Below, piece after piece: positions 42,001 through 51,001 of a stretch of 64,000 nt of DNA. How positions within the stretch are numbered: position 1 is the stretch's first letter; each line of letters starts with the position of its first letter. The translations under genes were made by a program, and so were the position numbers. The stretch lies in assembly GCA_020850635.1 (NCBI GenBank), contig JADZEH010000024.1:8617-72616 (forward strand). Direction: 5' to 3'. Below the pieces are notes generated by a model. That model worked only from the letters and a program-made list of their open reading frames with translations. It did not search any database and had not been told where the DNA came from. This DNA is from Candidatus Doudnabacteria bacterium (GTDB taxonomy: Bacteria > Patescibacteriota > Doudnabacteria > UBA920).

Positions 42001-42010
42001 ATCCAATAAC

Positions 42011-42038
42011 AAAAGACACCTCATTTGAGGTGTCTTTT
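42011..42038 (-). terminator. Terminator of the tRNA-Thr/Tyr operon
   Basis: AAAAGACACCTC-ATTT-GAGGTGTCTTTT. Confidence 0.85.
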
Positions 42039-42039
42039 G

Positions 42040-42125
42040 TGGTGGGCCGAGAAGGATTCGAACCTTCGAAGGCAAAAGCCAGCAGATTTACAGTCTGCCC
42101 CCGTTGACCGCTTGGGTATCGACCC
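42040..42125 (-). tRNA. tRNA-Tyr (GTA)
   Basis: GGGTCGATACCCAAGCGG...GCAGA-CTGTAAA-TCTGC, long variable arm, ACCA end. Confidence 0.97.
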
Positions 42126-42201
42126 TGGAGCCGTTTTGCGGGATCGAACCGCAGACCTTCTCCTTACCATGGAGATGCTCTACCAACTGAGCTAAAACGG
42201 C
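42126..42201 (-). tRNA. tRNA-Thr (GGT)
   Basis: GCCGTTTTAGCTCAGTTGG...TCTCC-ATGGTAA-GGAGA...GTTCGATCCC...TCCA. Confidence 0.97.
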
Positions 42202-42233
42202 ACACTATACTATCAAAATACCAAAAAACTATA

Positions 42234-42983
42234 TCATCGTTTCCGCTTCTTGTCTAGATCGGCATGCAGGTGTTGATACTTTTTATTCAGCGGTTCAAGC
42301 GCTAAAGCTTTCTCCGCGGTCTCAACGGCTAAGTCTAACTCCCCTGCACCCTCGTATGCCAAAGCAAGATTGTAAAAACGATTGGGATGAGTCGCATCTA
42401 ACGCTACAGACTTTTCATAAAGACGAGTAGCTTCAACCGCAAACCCTAAACGTAACTTACAGTAGCCGAACTTAGCATAGTAACTGCTATTGGCTGTATC
42501 ATGGTTTACTAGATACTCATAAACATTTGAAGCTTCACTATAGTTACGCAAATCTAAATAGTACTCACCAAGATTTTTGTAGTGCTCAAGATTATGCGGA
42601 TCTTTTTTGATGAGCATGAGAAAATAGTTCTCATCACGAATCATCTGAGGTTCAGGTCGGGCTGACAGTCCATCGATACCGTTACGTTTTGGTTTAGGTT
42701 TAAAGATTTGTTTGATCTTGTAACCGACCACAGCCTGATGACGCATTCCTTTTGCTTCCAAAACAAAATTCCATAAACGTTTAAGCCAATATGAAAACTT
42801 AGCTTTAATCACCCCAACCCAACGACGAAAGTCATCACGGGTTAAGAACCCTAAACGTTCACCACGCTTTTCTTCTTCCTCTTCTGTTAGCGCAGCCGCT
42901 TCCGGCAATCGTCGAACTATCAGCATAATAATGCCGACAATCCCGATGAGTAAAATTATGTTTGGAAATATTTGGTAAGCCAC
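42234..42983 (-). CDS. Membrane-anchored TPR protein (GTG start)
   Basis: N-terminal TM; C-terminal TPR-like repeats (YKNLGEYY, YAKFGYCK, FYNLALAY...ALALEP). Confidence 0.8.
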   Translation of the reverse strand: MAYQIFPNIILLIGIVGIIMLIVRRLPEAAALTEEEEEKRGERLGFLTRDDFRRWVGVIKAKFSYWLKRLWNFVLEAKGMRHQAVVGYKIKQIFKPKPKRNGIDGLSARPEPQMIRDENYFLMLIKKDPHNLEHYKNLGEYYLDLRNYSEASNVYEYLVNHDTANSSYYAKFGYCKLRLGFAVEATRLYEKSVALDATHPNRFYNLALAYEGAGELDLAVETAEKALALEPLNKKYQHLHADLDKKRKR

Positions 42984-43038
42984 TGTTACGAAACGTGGGC
43001 GCAGGAAAGTTTTGTCCTACACCCACGAGAGTTTAATT

Positions 43039-43629
43039 TTAACTACCTAAAACGTAACGAGCAAAACGACGAACCTGAACGTTCTCACCCATCTTGGCCA
43101 CACCATTACTAATGAGCTGGCTGATTTTCACATTTGGGTCTTTAACAAAAGGTTGTTCAAGTAAACAGACTTCTTCAAAGAATTTCTCAAGCTTGCCTTC
43201 AATCATCTTCGCGACGACATCATCTGGTTTACCTTGGCCAGCAGACTGCTCCTTGTAAATTTCACGTTCTTTCTCAATAACTTCGGCAGGAACTTCTTCA
43301 CGACTGACATACAATGGATTTGCTGCTGCAATATGAAGAGAGAGTTCTTTAGCTAAATTTTTGAAGTCATCAGTGCGAGCAACGAAGTCAGTTTCGCAGT
43401 TGAGTTCAACTAGAACACCGACGCGACCACCAGCATGAATGTAACTTTCAACGATACCTTCACGAGCTTCACGGTCGGCTTTCTTAGCGAGTTTAGTTAC
43501 GCCCTTTTTGCGAAGGAGTTCCATCGCCTTTTCTTTATCACCACCGGCTTCAGAAAGTGCGCTTTGCACATCAAGAATACCAGCACCAGTTATTTCACGG
43601 ATTTCTTTAATGAGATTATTATCTGCCAT
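43039..43629 (-). CDS. tsf: Elongation factor Ts (short form)
   Basis: [38 protein letters not shown]. Confidence 0.97.
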   Translation of the reverse strand: MADNNLIKEIREITGAGILDVQSALSEAGGDKEKAMELLRKKGVTKLAKKADREAREGIVESYIHAGGRVGVLVELNCETDFVARTDDFKNLAKELSLHIAAANPLYVSREEVPAEVIEKEREIYKEQSAGQGKPDDVVAKMIEGKLEKFFEEVCLLEQPFVKDPNVKISQLISNGVAKMGENVQVRRFARYVLGS

Positions 43630-43657
43630 GATTTATCTTTTAGTTTATTGTGAGAGA

Positions 43658-44395
43658 TTAAGCTGCAGCTGGTACAGAGTCTGTAGGCTTGGCTTCAATT
43701 TTAGAAGCGCCAGCTACTTTACCAGTATTGATCGCATCAGCAACGGACGCCGCAACTAATTCAATTGCTTGAGTCGCATCATCGTTTGCAGGAATTGGAT
43801 AGTCAGCTAATTCTGGGTTACTGTTGGTATCTACAACACCAACAATTTTGATTTTCATCTTACGAGCTTCTTTCAACGCAATTTCATCGTGATCGATAGA
43901 AGCGATGAACACTGCTTCTGGCATACGATGTAAGTCTTTGATACCAGCGAACAACTTCTGAAGTTTTTCAACTTCACGTTCAATAAGTAAACGTTCTTTC
44001 TTCGTGTAGCGCTGAGTGTAGGAATCGCTCTGTTGCTGTTCCATCAACTTTTCCATTTTGCGAATAGTTTTTTGGATAGTTCGGAAGTTAGTAAAAGTTC
44101 CACCTAACCAACGAACGTTAACGTAGGGCATGCCACAGCTTTCTGCGGCTTTCTTAACGATGTCGCGAGACTGACGTTTGGTGGCAATGAACAATACAGT
44201 ACCGCCACGGCTAGCTACATCGTGAACAAAACTAGTTGCTTTAAGCAATGCTTTCTTAGTTTTTTCGAGATCCAAAATATGGATATCATTACGAACCGTA
44301 TAAATATACGGTTTCATCTTCGCGTTCCATCTTGATGTTTTATGACCAAAATGAGCTCCGCTTTTAAGCAGATCTAACAAACTTACTTCTTTCAT
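43658..44395 (-). CDS. rpsB: 30S ribosomal protein S2
   Basis: GAHFGH..RWNAKM, RWLGGTFTN, DTNSNP, IPANDD. Confidence 0.98.
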   Translation of the reverse strand: MKEVSLLDLLKSGAHFGHKTSRWNAKMKPYIYTVRNDIHILDLEKTKKALLKATSFVHDVASRGGTVLFIATKRQSRDIVKKAAESCGMPYVNVRWLGGTFTNFRTIQKTIRKMEKLMEQQQSDSYTQRYTKKERLLIEREVEKLQKLFAGIKDLHRMPEAVFIASIDHDEIALKEARKMKIKIVGVVDTNSNPELADYPIPANDDATQAIELVAASVADAINTGKVAGASKIEAKPTDSVPAAA

Positions 44396-44489
44396 ACTAT
44401 ATCCTTATGCGTCCACCTCGCTACCGATAGTTCAGCCCGCAAGCGTTCCTAAAGGAGGATAAATGTGAGGTGTGCGTGATTAATAATGC
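44396..44489 (-). promoter_or_regulatory. rpsB 5' leader (t44 / S2 autoregulatory leader-like)
   Basis: Minus strand TAATCACGCACACCTC...GAGGTGGACGCATAA resembles the enterobacterial rpsB leader ends (AACACACAC...GTGGAGGCATAA); promoter TTGCCA-17-TACAAT upstream. Confidence 0.6.
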
Positions 44490-44495
44490 CGCATT

Positions 44496-44537
44496 ATTGT
44501 ACCATGCCTTGACGAAAATGGCAAATCCCGGTATACT
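44496..44537. promoter_or_regulatory. Overlapping divergent promoters for rpsB (-) and rpmE (+)
   Basis: Plus strand TTGACG-17-TATACT (44509..44537); minus strand TTGCCA-17-TACAAT (44524..44496). Confidence 0.7.
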
Positions 44538-44560
44538 GATGTAACTTAACTCAAATCCCC

Positions 44561-44842
44561 ATGAAAAACGGAATTCACCCAGAATATAATACTGACACTG
44601 TTGTAAAATGCGCTTGTGGCAACACTTTCACTACCGGTTCTGTAGTCAAAGAAATCACTACTGAAATCTGCAGTAACTGCCACCCTTTTTACACTGGTAA
44701 GCAGAAACTCATCGATACTACTGGTACCGTTGATCGTTTCCGCAAAAAGCTCGAAGCAGCAACTAAACTTAAAGCTGTTAAAGCTGAGAAGAAACCTCGC
44801 AAAACTCGCGAGACCAAAGTTACCAAAACTGTCACCAAGTAA
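44561..44842 (+). CDS. rpmE: 50S ribosomal protein L31, zinc-binding form
   Basis: [28 protein letters not shown]. Confidence 0.98.
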   Translation: MKNGIHPEYNTDTVVKCACGNTFTTGSVVKEITTEICSNCHPFYTGKQKLIDTTGTVDRFRKKLEAATKLKAVKAEKKPRKTRETKVTKTVTK

Positions 44843-44859
44843 CTATTATATCTTACATT

Positions 44860-44890
44860 CAAAACCGTCCCTGACTTTGGGGATGGTTTT
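44860..44890 (+). terminator. rpmE terminator
   Basis: AAAACCGTCCC..GGGATGGTTTT. Confidence 0.7.
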
Positions 44891-44909
44891 ATGTTAGACT
44901 AAGACTATT

Positions 44910-45974
44910 ATGAACCAAGCATTTACTGAAATTCTCAAAGAATATAACGGAATCACCGAACAATTAAGTTCTGGTGCAAGTGTTGATATGGCCGCGTTAG
45001 GGAAACGTCAATCTGAACTTTTACCCACTGTTGAGAAAATCCAACATTTAGAAAAGCTGGAGGCGGAACGAGCTGGTAATGAAAACTTACTTGAAAGCAC
45101 TGATCCTGAAATCAAAAGCATGGCTTTTGAAGAAGCTAAGATGCTTGAACAACAAATTCTCGAAATTACTGAGGCCATTGAAACCGATTTAATTCCCAAA
45201 GATGAGTATGATGACAAAAATGTCATCATTGAAATGCGCGCTGGGGCGGGTGGGGATGAATCCACTTTATTTGCTGCCGAAATGTTTCGAGCTTACAGCA
45301 AGTATGCCGAAAAACAAAAGTGGTCTATTCACATTGTCTCGTCTTCCAAAAGCGAAGTTGGTGGCTTTAAAGAAATTATTTTTGAAGTTAATGGCCGTGG
45401 TAACCCTGGACCTTACAGTAAGTTTAAATATGAATCTGGCGTACATCGTGTACAGCGTGTGCCAGAAACTGAAAAAGCGGGGCGAGTTCATACTTCTACG
45501 ATTACTATCGCTGTAATCCCCCAACTTGAAGAAAAAGACTTTTCGATTGAACTCAAGGACTTAAAGATTGAAGCCACAACTTCATCCGGTGCTGGTGGTC
45601 AGAGTGTTAACACAACTTACTCCGCGATTCGTATTGTCCACATTCCAACTGGCATCGTGGCCACTTGTCAGGACGAACGCTCGCAGTCTCAGAACAAAGA
45701 AAAGGCTATGGAAGTTATTCGTTCACGTGTTGCTGCGTATTATAGAGAGATTGAAGAGAAGAAAGCGACTGATGCCCGTCGTAGCCAAATTGGTACCGGC
45801 GATCGCAGTGAAAAAATTCGTACTTATAACTTCCCTCAAGATCGCATTACCGATCATCGTATTAACGAAAACTTCAACCAGATAAGCTTGGTTTTAGAAG
45901 GTCAGCTTGAAGATATTTTTGATGCTCTTGAAAAAGCTGACTTGCGTATGAAAAAAGAAAGCTTGCAGAAATAA
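44910..45974 (+). CDS. prfA: Peptide chain release factor 1
   Basis: [12 protein letters not shown] (PxT motif), [17 protein letters not shown]. Confidence 0.97.
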   Translation: MNQAFTEILKEYNGITEQLSSGASVDMAALGKRQSELLPTVEKIQHLEKLEAERAGNENLLESTDPEIKSMAFEEAKMLEQQILEITEAIETDLIPKDEYDDKNVIIEMRAGAGGDESTLFAAEMFRAYSKYAEKQKWSIHIVSSSKSEVGGFKEIIFEVNGRGNPGPYSKFKYESGVHRVQRVPETEKAGRVHTSTITIAVIPQLEEKDFSIELKDLKIEATTSSGAGGQSVNTTYSAIRIVHIPTGIVATCQDERSQSQNKEKAMEVIRSRVAAYYREIEEKKATDARRSQIGTGDRSEKIRTYNFPQDRITDHRINENFNQISLVLEGQLEDIFDALEKADLRMKKESLQK

Positions 45975-45975
45975 A

Positions 45976-46341
45976 ATGGCCGAAAAACTTTCACTTGAAC
46001 AGCACGAGCAAAACGACGAAGAGTTCCAAGAGTGGTACAACGCGGCTAAGGACACCTTAGCTGACCATTACGGTGTGACAGACCTTACCCCGATAGAAGC
46101 AACTCGACTGCAGCAGATTCTTCGAGAGGTGCTGGAGGATAATGCTTACTATATACGGAAGCGTGACTCAGAAAGTGAAAAAAGAGCTGATCATAATATT
46201 GTCATGCCTAATTCTGAAGCTATTGCGCGATGGTTTCTGGATTACAACATTAACATAAAAACTGATCCCGACGTAGAAAATAACATGGGGCGGTTCAAAG
46301 AAAATCTACGCTTTCTCCGCGAACAAGCACATAACCCATGA
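45976..46341 (+). CDS. Acidic hypothetical protein between prfA and prmC
   Basis: 121-aa ORF starting 1 nt after the prfA stop; ATGA overlap with prmC. Confidence 0.65.
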   Translation: MAEKLSLEQHEQNDEEFQEWYNAAKDTLADHYGVTDLTPIEATRLQQILREVLEDNAYYIRKRDSESEKRADHNIVMPNSEAIARWFLDYNINIKTDPDVENNMGRFKENLRFLREQAHNP

Positions 46342-47150
46342 CCATACAGGAGACCTTAAGTCTTTATTCAGATGCTGAATCTGATTTATTACTCTCTTTC
46401 GTACTAAAAAAGTCGAGAGATTTTTTGTATATCCATCCAGAAAAAAAGCTTACAACAAAACAACTAAAAGCTTTTAAGTCTCTAGTTGCACGACGCAAAA
46501 AAGGTGAGCCTGTAGCTTACCTATTGAGATATAAAGATTTCTTTGGATTGAAATTCAAAGTTACCAAAGATACGTTAGTTCCTCGTCCTGAAACCGAATG
46601 GGTTGTGGATCATATCCTCAATCAAAAACTTTCAAACAACACTTCAATTCTCGATTTAGGAACCGGCTCTGGATGTATCGCGATCAGCATAAAAAAGAAC
46701 ACTCCTAAACTTTCTGTAACTGCAAGCGATGTTTCGAAAAAAGCTTTACTTGTAGCAAAACAAAACGCCCGATCCCACAAAACTAAAATTAACTTTGTTC
46801 ACTCAAACTTACTTAGTAACTTATCAAACAAACATTTTGATATTATTATCGCTAACCTTCCTTACGGCTGGAATGTTTGGAAAAATAATAGCTCTATCGA
46901 AGCAAAAAGTTTAAAGTTTGAACCACAATTAGCACTATTTACCAAAGAAAACGGCTTATACCTCTATCGCCTTTTACTGCAACAAGTTTCAAAACTCAAA
47001 AAACAACCTAGCGTAATCTATTTAGAATTCGATCCACGACAAAAAACTAAACTCGCTAAACTTATAAAAACAATACTACCTAAAGCCAAAACTATTTTTC
47101 ATAAAGATTTAGCTGGGTTGTGGCGATACGTAGAAATAAAACGAGGCTAG
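46338..47150 (+). CDS. prmC: Release factor glutamine methyltransferase
   Basis: RRKKGEPVAY, LVPRPETE, LDLGTGSGCIA, ANLPY, FEPQLAL. Confidence 0.94.
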   Translation: MTIQETLSLYSDAESDLLLSFVLKKSRDFLYIHPEKKLTTKQLKAFKSLVARRKKGEPVAYLLRYKDFFGLKFKVTKDTLVPRPETEWVVDHILNQKLSNNTSILDLGTGSGCIAISIKKNTPKLSVTASDVSKKALLVAKQNARSHKTKINFVHSNLLSNLSNKHFDIIIANLPYGWNVWKNNSSIEAKSLKFEPQLALFTKENGLYLYRLLLQQVSKLKKQPSVIYLEFDPRQKTKLAKLIKTILPKAKTIFHKDLAGLWRYVEIKRG

Positions 47151-47602
47151 CCAAAATGCGCTAACCTCATGCTCTGACCCGGGTAACACTCGTCAAGTCC
47201 CCGAAGCATGAGCCCAGTCCTTGGATGAGCGGGGTCCATTGAGATTCTATGACGGACCACAGCCGCCTTTTTCTCGTCCTGTCCAAGATAGTGATACATC
47301 ACGTTCGATACCTGAATGATCATCTTAACTATTTCTCGCTTCCCTTCTTGGGGAAAGCGCGAGATAACAGCCTTAATGCTTCGCTCGCTCGGTATCATCT
47401 TCAACGCAAAAGCTGCATAGGTAATCGGCGCGGTCCTCCCTTCGCTCCCGATCACATAGTACGCTTTGTTCCGCCCTCGCAAGGTTATCTGATATTCGAA
47501 CCTCACGGACACGCCAGACCTGACAAACTCCGAAAAACCATGCAGGTCTCCAGACTCCTTCTGACACAGCTGAGAAAACACCGAGACCACCCTTCTTGCC
47601 AT
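47147..47602 (-). CDS. Orphan basic hypothetical protein (GC-rich cassette), probable start ATG 47602
   Basis: AGGAGGT SD; TTGACA-16-TATGCT promoter (47658..47631); about 55% GC sampled. Confidence 0.6.
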   Translation of the reverse strand: MARRVVSVFSQLCQKESGDLHGFSEFVRSGVSVRFEYQITLRGRNKAYYVIGSEGRTAPITYAAFALKMIPSERSIKAVISRFPQEGKREIVKMIIQVSNVMYHYLGQDEKKAAVVRHRISMDPAHPRTGLMLRGLDECYPGQSMRLAHFG

Positions 47603-47671
47603 CACACACCTCCTACCCATTGATGACATTAGCATACTCGAACATCAAAGTTTGTCAAAATCTACACAACA

Positions 47672-47697
47672 AAAAACCCGCCACATCGGCGGGTTTA
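47672..47697 (-). terminator. rplY terminator
   Basis: AAAAAACCCGCC-ACATC-GGCGGGTTT. Confidence 0.8.
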
Positions 47698-47702
47698 AAA
47701 TG

Positions 47703-48377
47703 TTATTCTTTTTTCTCAGCGTCTTTATTTTCAGCACCTTCTTCAGCTGGCTTGTCTTCAGCCGCGCCTTCAACAGCACTAATATCTTCAACAACAGGTT
47801 CAGCGAGTTCAGCTTCGATATCACGAGGAGCTTGTGTGTTAGCCACAGTTTCTTCGGGATCAGATGTTACAACAACACCCTTTGGAAGCTTGATGTCCTT
47901 AACCAAAATAGAATCATCAAAAGTTTTCAATACCGAAATATCAATTTCAAGACTGTGAGGCAAATCGCCTGGCAAACATTCAACTTCAATTTCGTCGATA
48001 ACCTTAAGTAAAGTTCCACCTAAGATCTTGACTGCATCAGACTCACCTACGAATTCCAAAGGAACTGTAGCGGTAAGTTTTTCAGTCATACTAACTTCGT
48101 AGAAATCAACGTGAGTAATGGTACCAGTTAAGTAATGCTTCTGAATGGCTTGGATCAAAACGTTATGGGTTTTGCCATCATCTGTTTTAAGTTCAACAAT
48201 CGTACTTTCACCAGCTTTGCGGAAAAGTTTTTCAAACTCACCCTGAGCGACAGTTACGTGTACGTTGGGAATGTTATGTCCATACAAAACCGCTGGAATA
48301 GAACCCTGACCGCGCACGTTGTTTGCGGTAGCAGCCTGAACCTCTCGCGCTTTTGCTTGTAATTGCAGTTTTTCCAT
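47703..48377 (-). CDS. rplY: 50S ribosomal protein L25 / Ctc (long form)
   Basis: IPAVLYG, HVDFYEV, VPLEFVGES, VECLPGDLP; acidic tail. Confidence 0.96.
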   Translation of the reverse strand: MEKLQLQAKAREVQAATANNVRGQGSIPAVLYGHNIPNVHVTVAQGEFEKLFRKAGESTIVELKTDDGKTHNVLIQAIQKHYLTGTITHVDFYEVSMTEKLTATVPLEFVGESDAVKILGGTLLKVIDEIEVECLPGDLPHSLEIDISVLKTFDDSILVKDIKLPKGVVVTSDPEETVANTQAPRDIEAELAEPVVEDISAVEGAAEDKPAEEGAENKDAEKKE

Positions 48378-48445
48378 TGCTATCTGAGTAAATAATATCT
48401 GCTAAAGTATACCAAATACTGATGTTTTTGGCAAGTCCTATATCC

Positions 48446-48474
48446 AAAAAGCCCCCGCATCTGCGGGGGCTTTT
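48446..48474 (-). terminator. Intrinsic terminator
   Basis: AAAAGCCCCCGC-ATCT-GCGGGGGCTTTT. Confidence 0.85.
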
Positions 48475-48484
48475 AAAAGTTTAT

Positions 48485-48847
48485 CTATATCTTCCCTATG
48501 GCTTTAACTAAGTTGCCATCGAACTTCTTGAGAGTTTTGTGAATATTGATAATGTCGTCAGTATTAATTGGGTTGTATTTGCGGAACTTTATTGTGTCTT
48601 TACTGGTGAGATCGGTGATCATTCCAACACTAACAATATCAGGGCCAGTAATATCAATATTACACATCACCGAACTTTTACACTTTTCACAGTCGGCGTG
48701 AATCATAACGCGAGCGTCATTGGTCTGTTCATCATAAATAGTTTCGATCACTTGGATCCGTTCAAAATTATATTTAAACTGACAAATCTGACAGCGTAAA
48801 ACCACGCCGAGCCACGCAATCACTTTTTTAAAATCAATGTTTTTCAT
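48485..48847 (-). CDS. Small CxxC...CxxC (putative Zn-binding) hypothetical protein
   Basis: RCQICQ and HADCEKCKSS; ITDLTSKD...INTDDIINIH. Confidence 0.7.
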   Translation of the reverse strand: MKNIDFKKVIAWLGVVLRCQICQFKYNFERIQVIETIYDEQTNDARVMIHADCEKCKSSVMCNIDITGPDIVSVGMITDLTSKDTIKFRKYNPINTDDIINIHKTLKKFDGNLVKAIGKI

Positions 48848-48904
48848 AATGGGCAGTTCAATTCTTTACAGCAATTACATTAATATCAGTATATCAACGC
48901 CTTT

Positions 48905-50005
48905 TTAAAAACGCAATGTTTTTGATTGTCTGGCGATATTCTGCACAATTCCCAGCGCAATTAAGACAGTTAACAGCGAACTCCCACCATAACTTAAGAA
49001 TGGAAGCGGAATTCCTGTGACAGGCATCAAACCAATATTCATACCAATGTTAATCGAAATTTGACCAAATAACATAAATAAAACTCCACCGACAATATAA
49101 TAAGCTAAGTCATCTTTAGTGTTACGCATTATATAGAGGAGTCGGTTAAGCAACAAAAAGTATAGAATTAACAAAGCTGAAACACCAACGAATCCAATTT
49201 CTTCACTTGCGGATGCGAAAATGAAATCCGTTTGGCGTTCTGGTAAAAAGTTTAACTGCCCTTGCAGTCCCTGGCCCAAACCCCGCCCAAAAATTTGACC
49301 ACTCCCAACGGCAATCGTCGCCTGCCGAACATTATAACCTTGACCGCGCGGATCAAGCTCCGGATTAATAAATACTTCGATGCGCCGTTTCTGATAATCA
49401 TGCAAGACAAACTTCCAAGATATACCAGAAACTATCAAAGCTAAAATAATCAAAGCGGCTAAATATTTTTTGTGCATGGGACTAATTAAAATCAACCCAG
49501 CCCACACCCCGATCAAAATAATACTGGAGCCAAGATCGGGTTCGCGCATAATTAAAATTGCTGGAATACCAGTGTATAACAGAGTTATAGCAATACTTTT
49601 CCAAGTGTTAATTTGGCCACGCTTCAAATATAGCCAGCGTGATAACCCAACAATAACTACAATCTTTGCAAACTCAGCTGGTTGCAATTGGAAAAACCCA
49701 AGATCAATCCAACGAGTACTTCCTTTAATCTCACGACCAAAAACCAAAACGAAAATCAATAACAATAAAATTGCGATATAACCGTACTTACTGACTTTGG
49801 ACAGACTTTGGTAATCATAAAATGAAAAAAAGAAATAAACTGCTAAGCCAATTCCAGCAAATAAGAGTTGACGCCAAAAAATTTCCATGTTCGCCCCCGA
49901 TACCGAAGTCCCATAAAGAATAACTAGTCCTATTAAAAGCAAAAGGCCGCAGATTATCTGCAGCGGAACATCAAAAGATTTAAATTTGCTAAAAAAATTA
50001 AACAT
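48905..50005 (-). CDS. rodA: Rod shape-determining protein RodA (SEDS)
   Basis: GSTRWI, QPAEFAK, EPDLGS, GYNVRQA, FLPERQTDFIF, PVTGIPLPFLSYGGSS. Confidence 0.95.
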   Translation of the reverse strand: MFNFFSKFKSFDVPLQIICGLLLLIGLVILYGTSVSGANMEIFWRQLLFAGIGLAVYFFFSFYDYQSLSKVSKYGYIAILLLLIFVLVFGREIKGSTRWIDLGFFQLQPAEFAKIVVIVGLSRWLYLKRGQINTWKSIAITLLYTGIPAILIMREPDLGSSIILIGVWAGLILISPMHKKYLAALIILALIVSGISWKFVLHDYQKRRIEVFINPELDPRGQGYNVRQATIAVGSGQIFGRGLGQGLQGQLNFLPERQTDFIFASASEEIGFVGVSALLILYFLLLNRLLYIMRNTKDDLAYYIVGGVLFMLFGQISINIGMNIGLMPVTGIPLPFLSYGGSSLLTVLIALGIVQNIARQSKTLRF

Positions 50006-50010
50006 GTGTT

Positions 50011-50874
50011 TTAGTAGAAATCAGTGTCTGGCCTGTCTAGACTTGAGCCTCCAACTGAGGGCAAATCTTCTAAAATTAAATTATTACCATTTAAAGAATT
50101 GGTTTCAGCAAACACTTCAACTCGAGCCACTTCGGACTCATACAAACCTGGCCATCGTTGAACGTAAGCTCGTCTTTCGCTCGAACGAACACTAAACTCA
50201 CTGCGTTCACTTATTCCTATAATCTCACCGCTGGCATCATACAACACAAAAGTGATACGAACTGTACCCAAACGATACGGACTTTCGTTGACAATAACTC
50301 CCTCCGCAACAAATTGGAGCGGATTTACTTCTTCGTATGTGGTTGGGGCAGGGGTCCGAATAACGATTTTAGGGATTGCAGCTTTCTTTTGCCAATTTAC
50401 TTGAGACAGAACAACTTTTGCCGAAGTTATCACTTCAGTTGAAACAACGTTTGAAACAACAATGTACTTTTCTTGATCGGGCAACAAAAACAAACCACCC
50501 TGCTGAGTTTTAACGACATCACCACTGTTATTAAAGAACGTGAATTCGTAACGCGCATCTTGCAAAGCTAAATCCAAATTTCTATTTTTGATTTTGGTAT
50601 AAACCGAGTATAGGTTATCACCACTGCGAATAACTTTAGCAGTCCCAACTTCAACATCTTGACTTGATTGGAATGCGGGCGCAGCCACAACTCTTAAATC
50701 TTTGTACTGCCAGTTCCAAAATGCGAAAGACCCATACTTCGCAATAAAAAATGCGGGGATCATGGCCACCAGACAGACAATTAAAACCAATCGCTTACCT
50801 CTTGGAAGTTCTTGAAAACTTCGCAAAACCACGAGAATGATTTCTTGAATTTTTAGCCACAGATCTTGAAGCAT
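50011..50874 (-). CDS. Membrane-anchored protein with two Ig-like (FxLYD-type) domains (probable start ATG 50874)
   Basis: Single TM, then KIKNRN...YEFTFFNNSG and VIVNES...FVLYDASGEIIG repeats. Confidence 0.65.
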   Translation of the reverse strand: MLQDLWLKIQEIILVVLRSFQELPRGKRLVLIVCLVAMIPAFFIAKYGSFAFWNWQYKDLRVVAAPAFQSSQDVEVGTAKVIRSGDNLYSVYTKIKNRNLDLALQDARYEFTFFNNSGDVVKTQQGGLFLLPDQEKYIVVSNVVSTEVITSAKVVLSQVNWQKKAAIPKIVIRTPAPTTYEEVNPLQFVAEGVIVNESPYRLGTVRITFVLYDASGEIIGISERSEFSVRSSERRAYVQRWPGLYESEVARVEVFAETNSLNGNNLILEDLPSVGGSSLDRPDTDFY

Positions 50875-51001
50875 TTTAAAGTTTTTTCGAGTTTTTGTTT
50901 TAACTTTAGGTTCTATTAATAGTATAACAAACAAGTGCGATTTTTGATATACTATAATGGTTATATCTCTCCATTGTGCGCACGCAATTTTACTATAAAA
51001 A

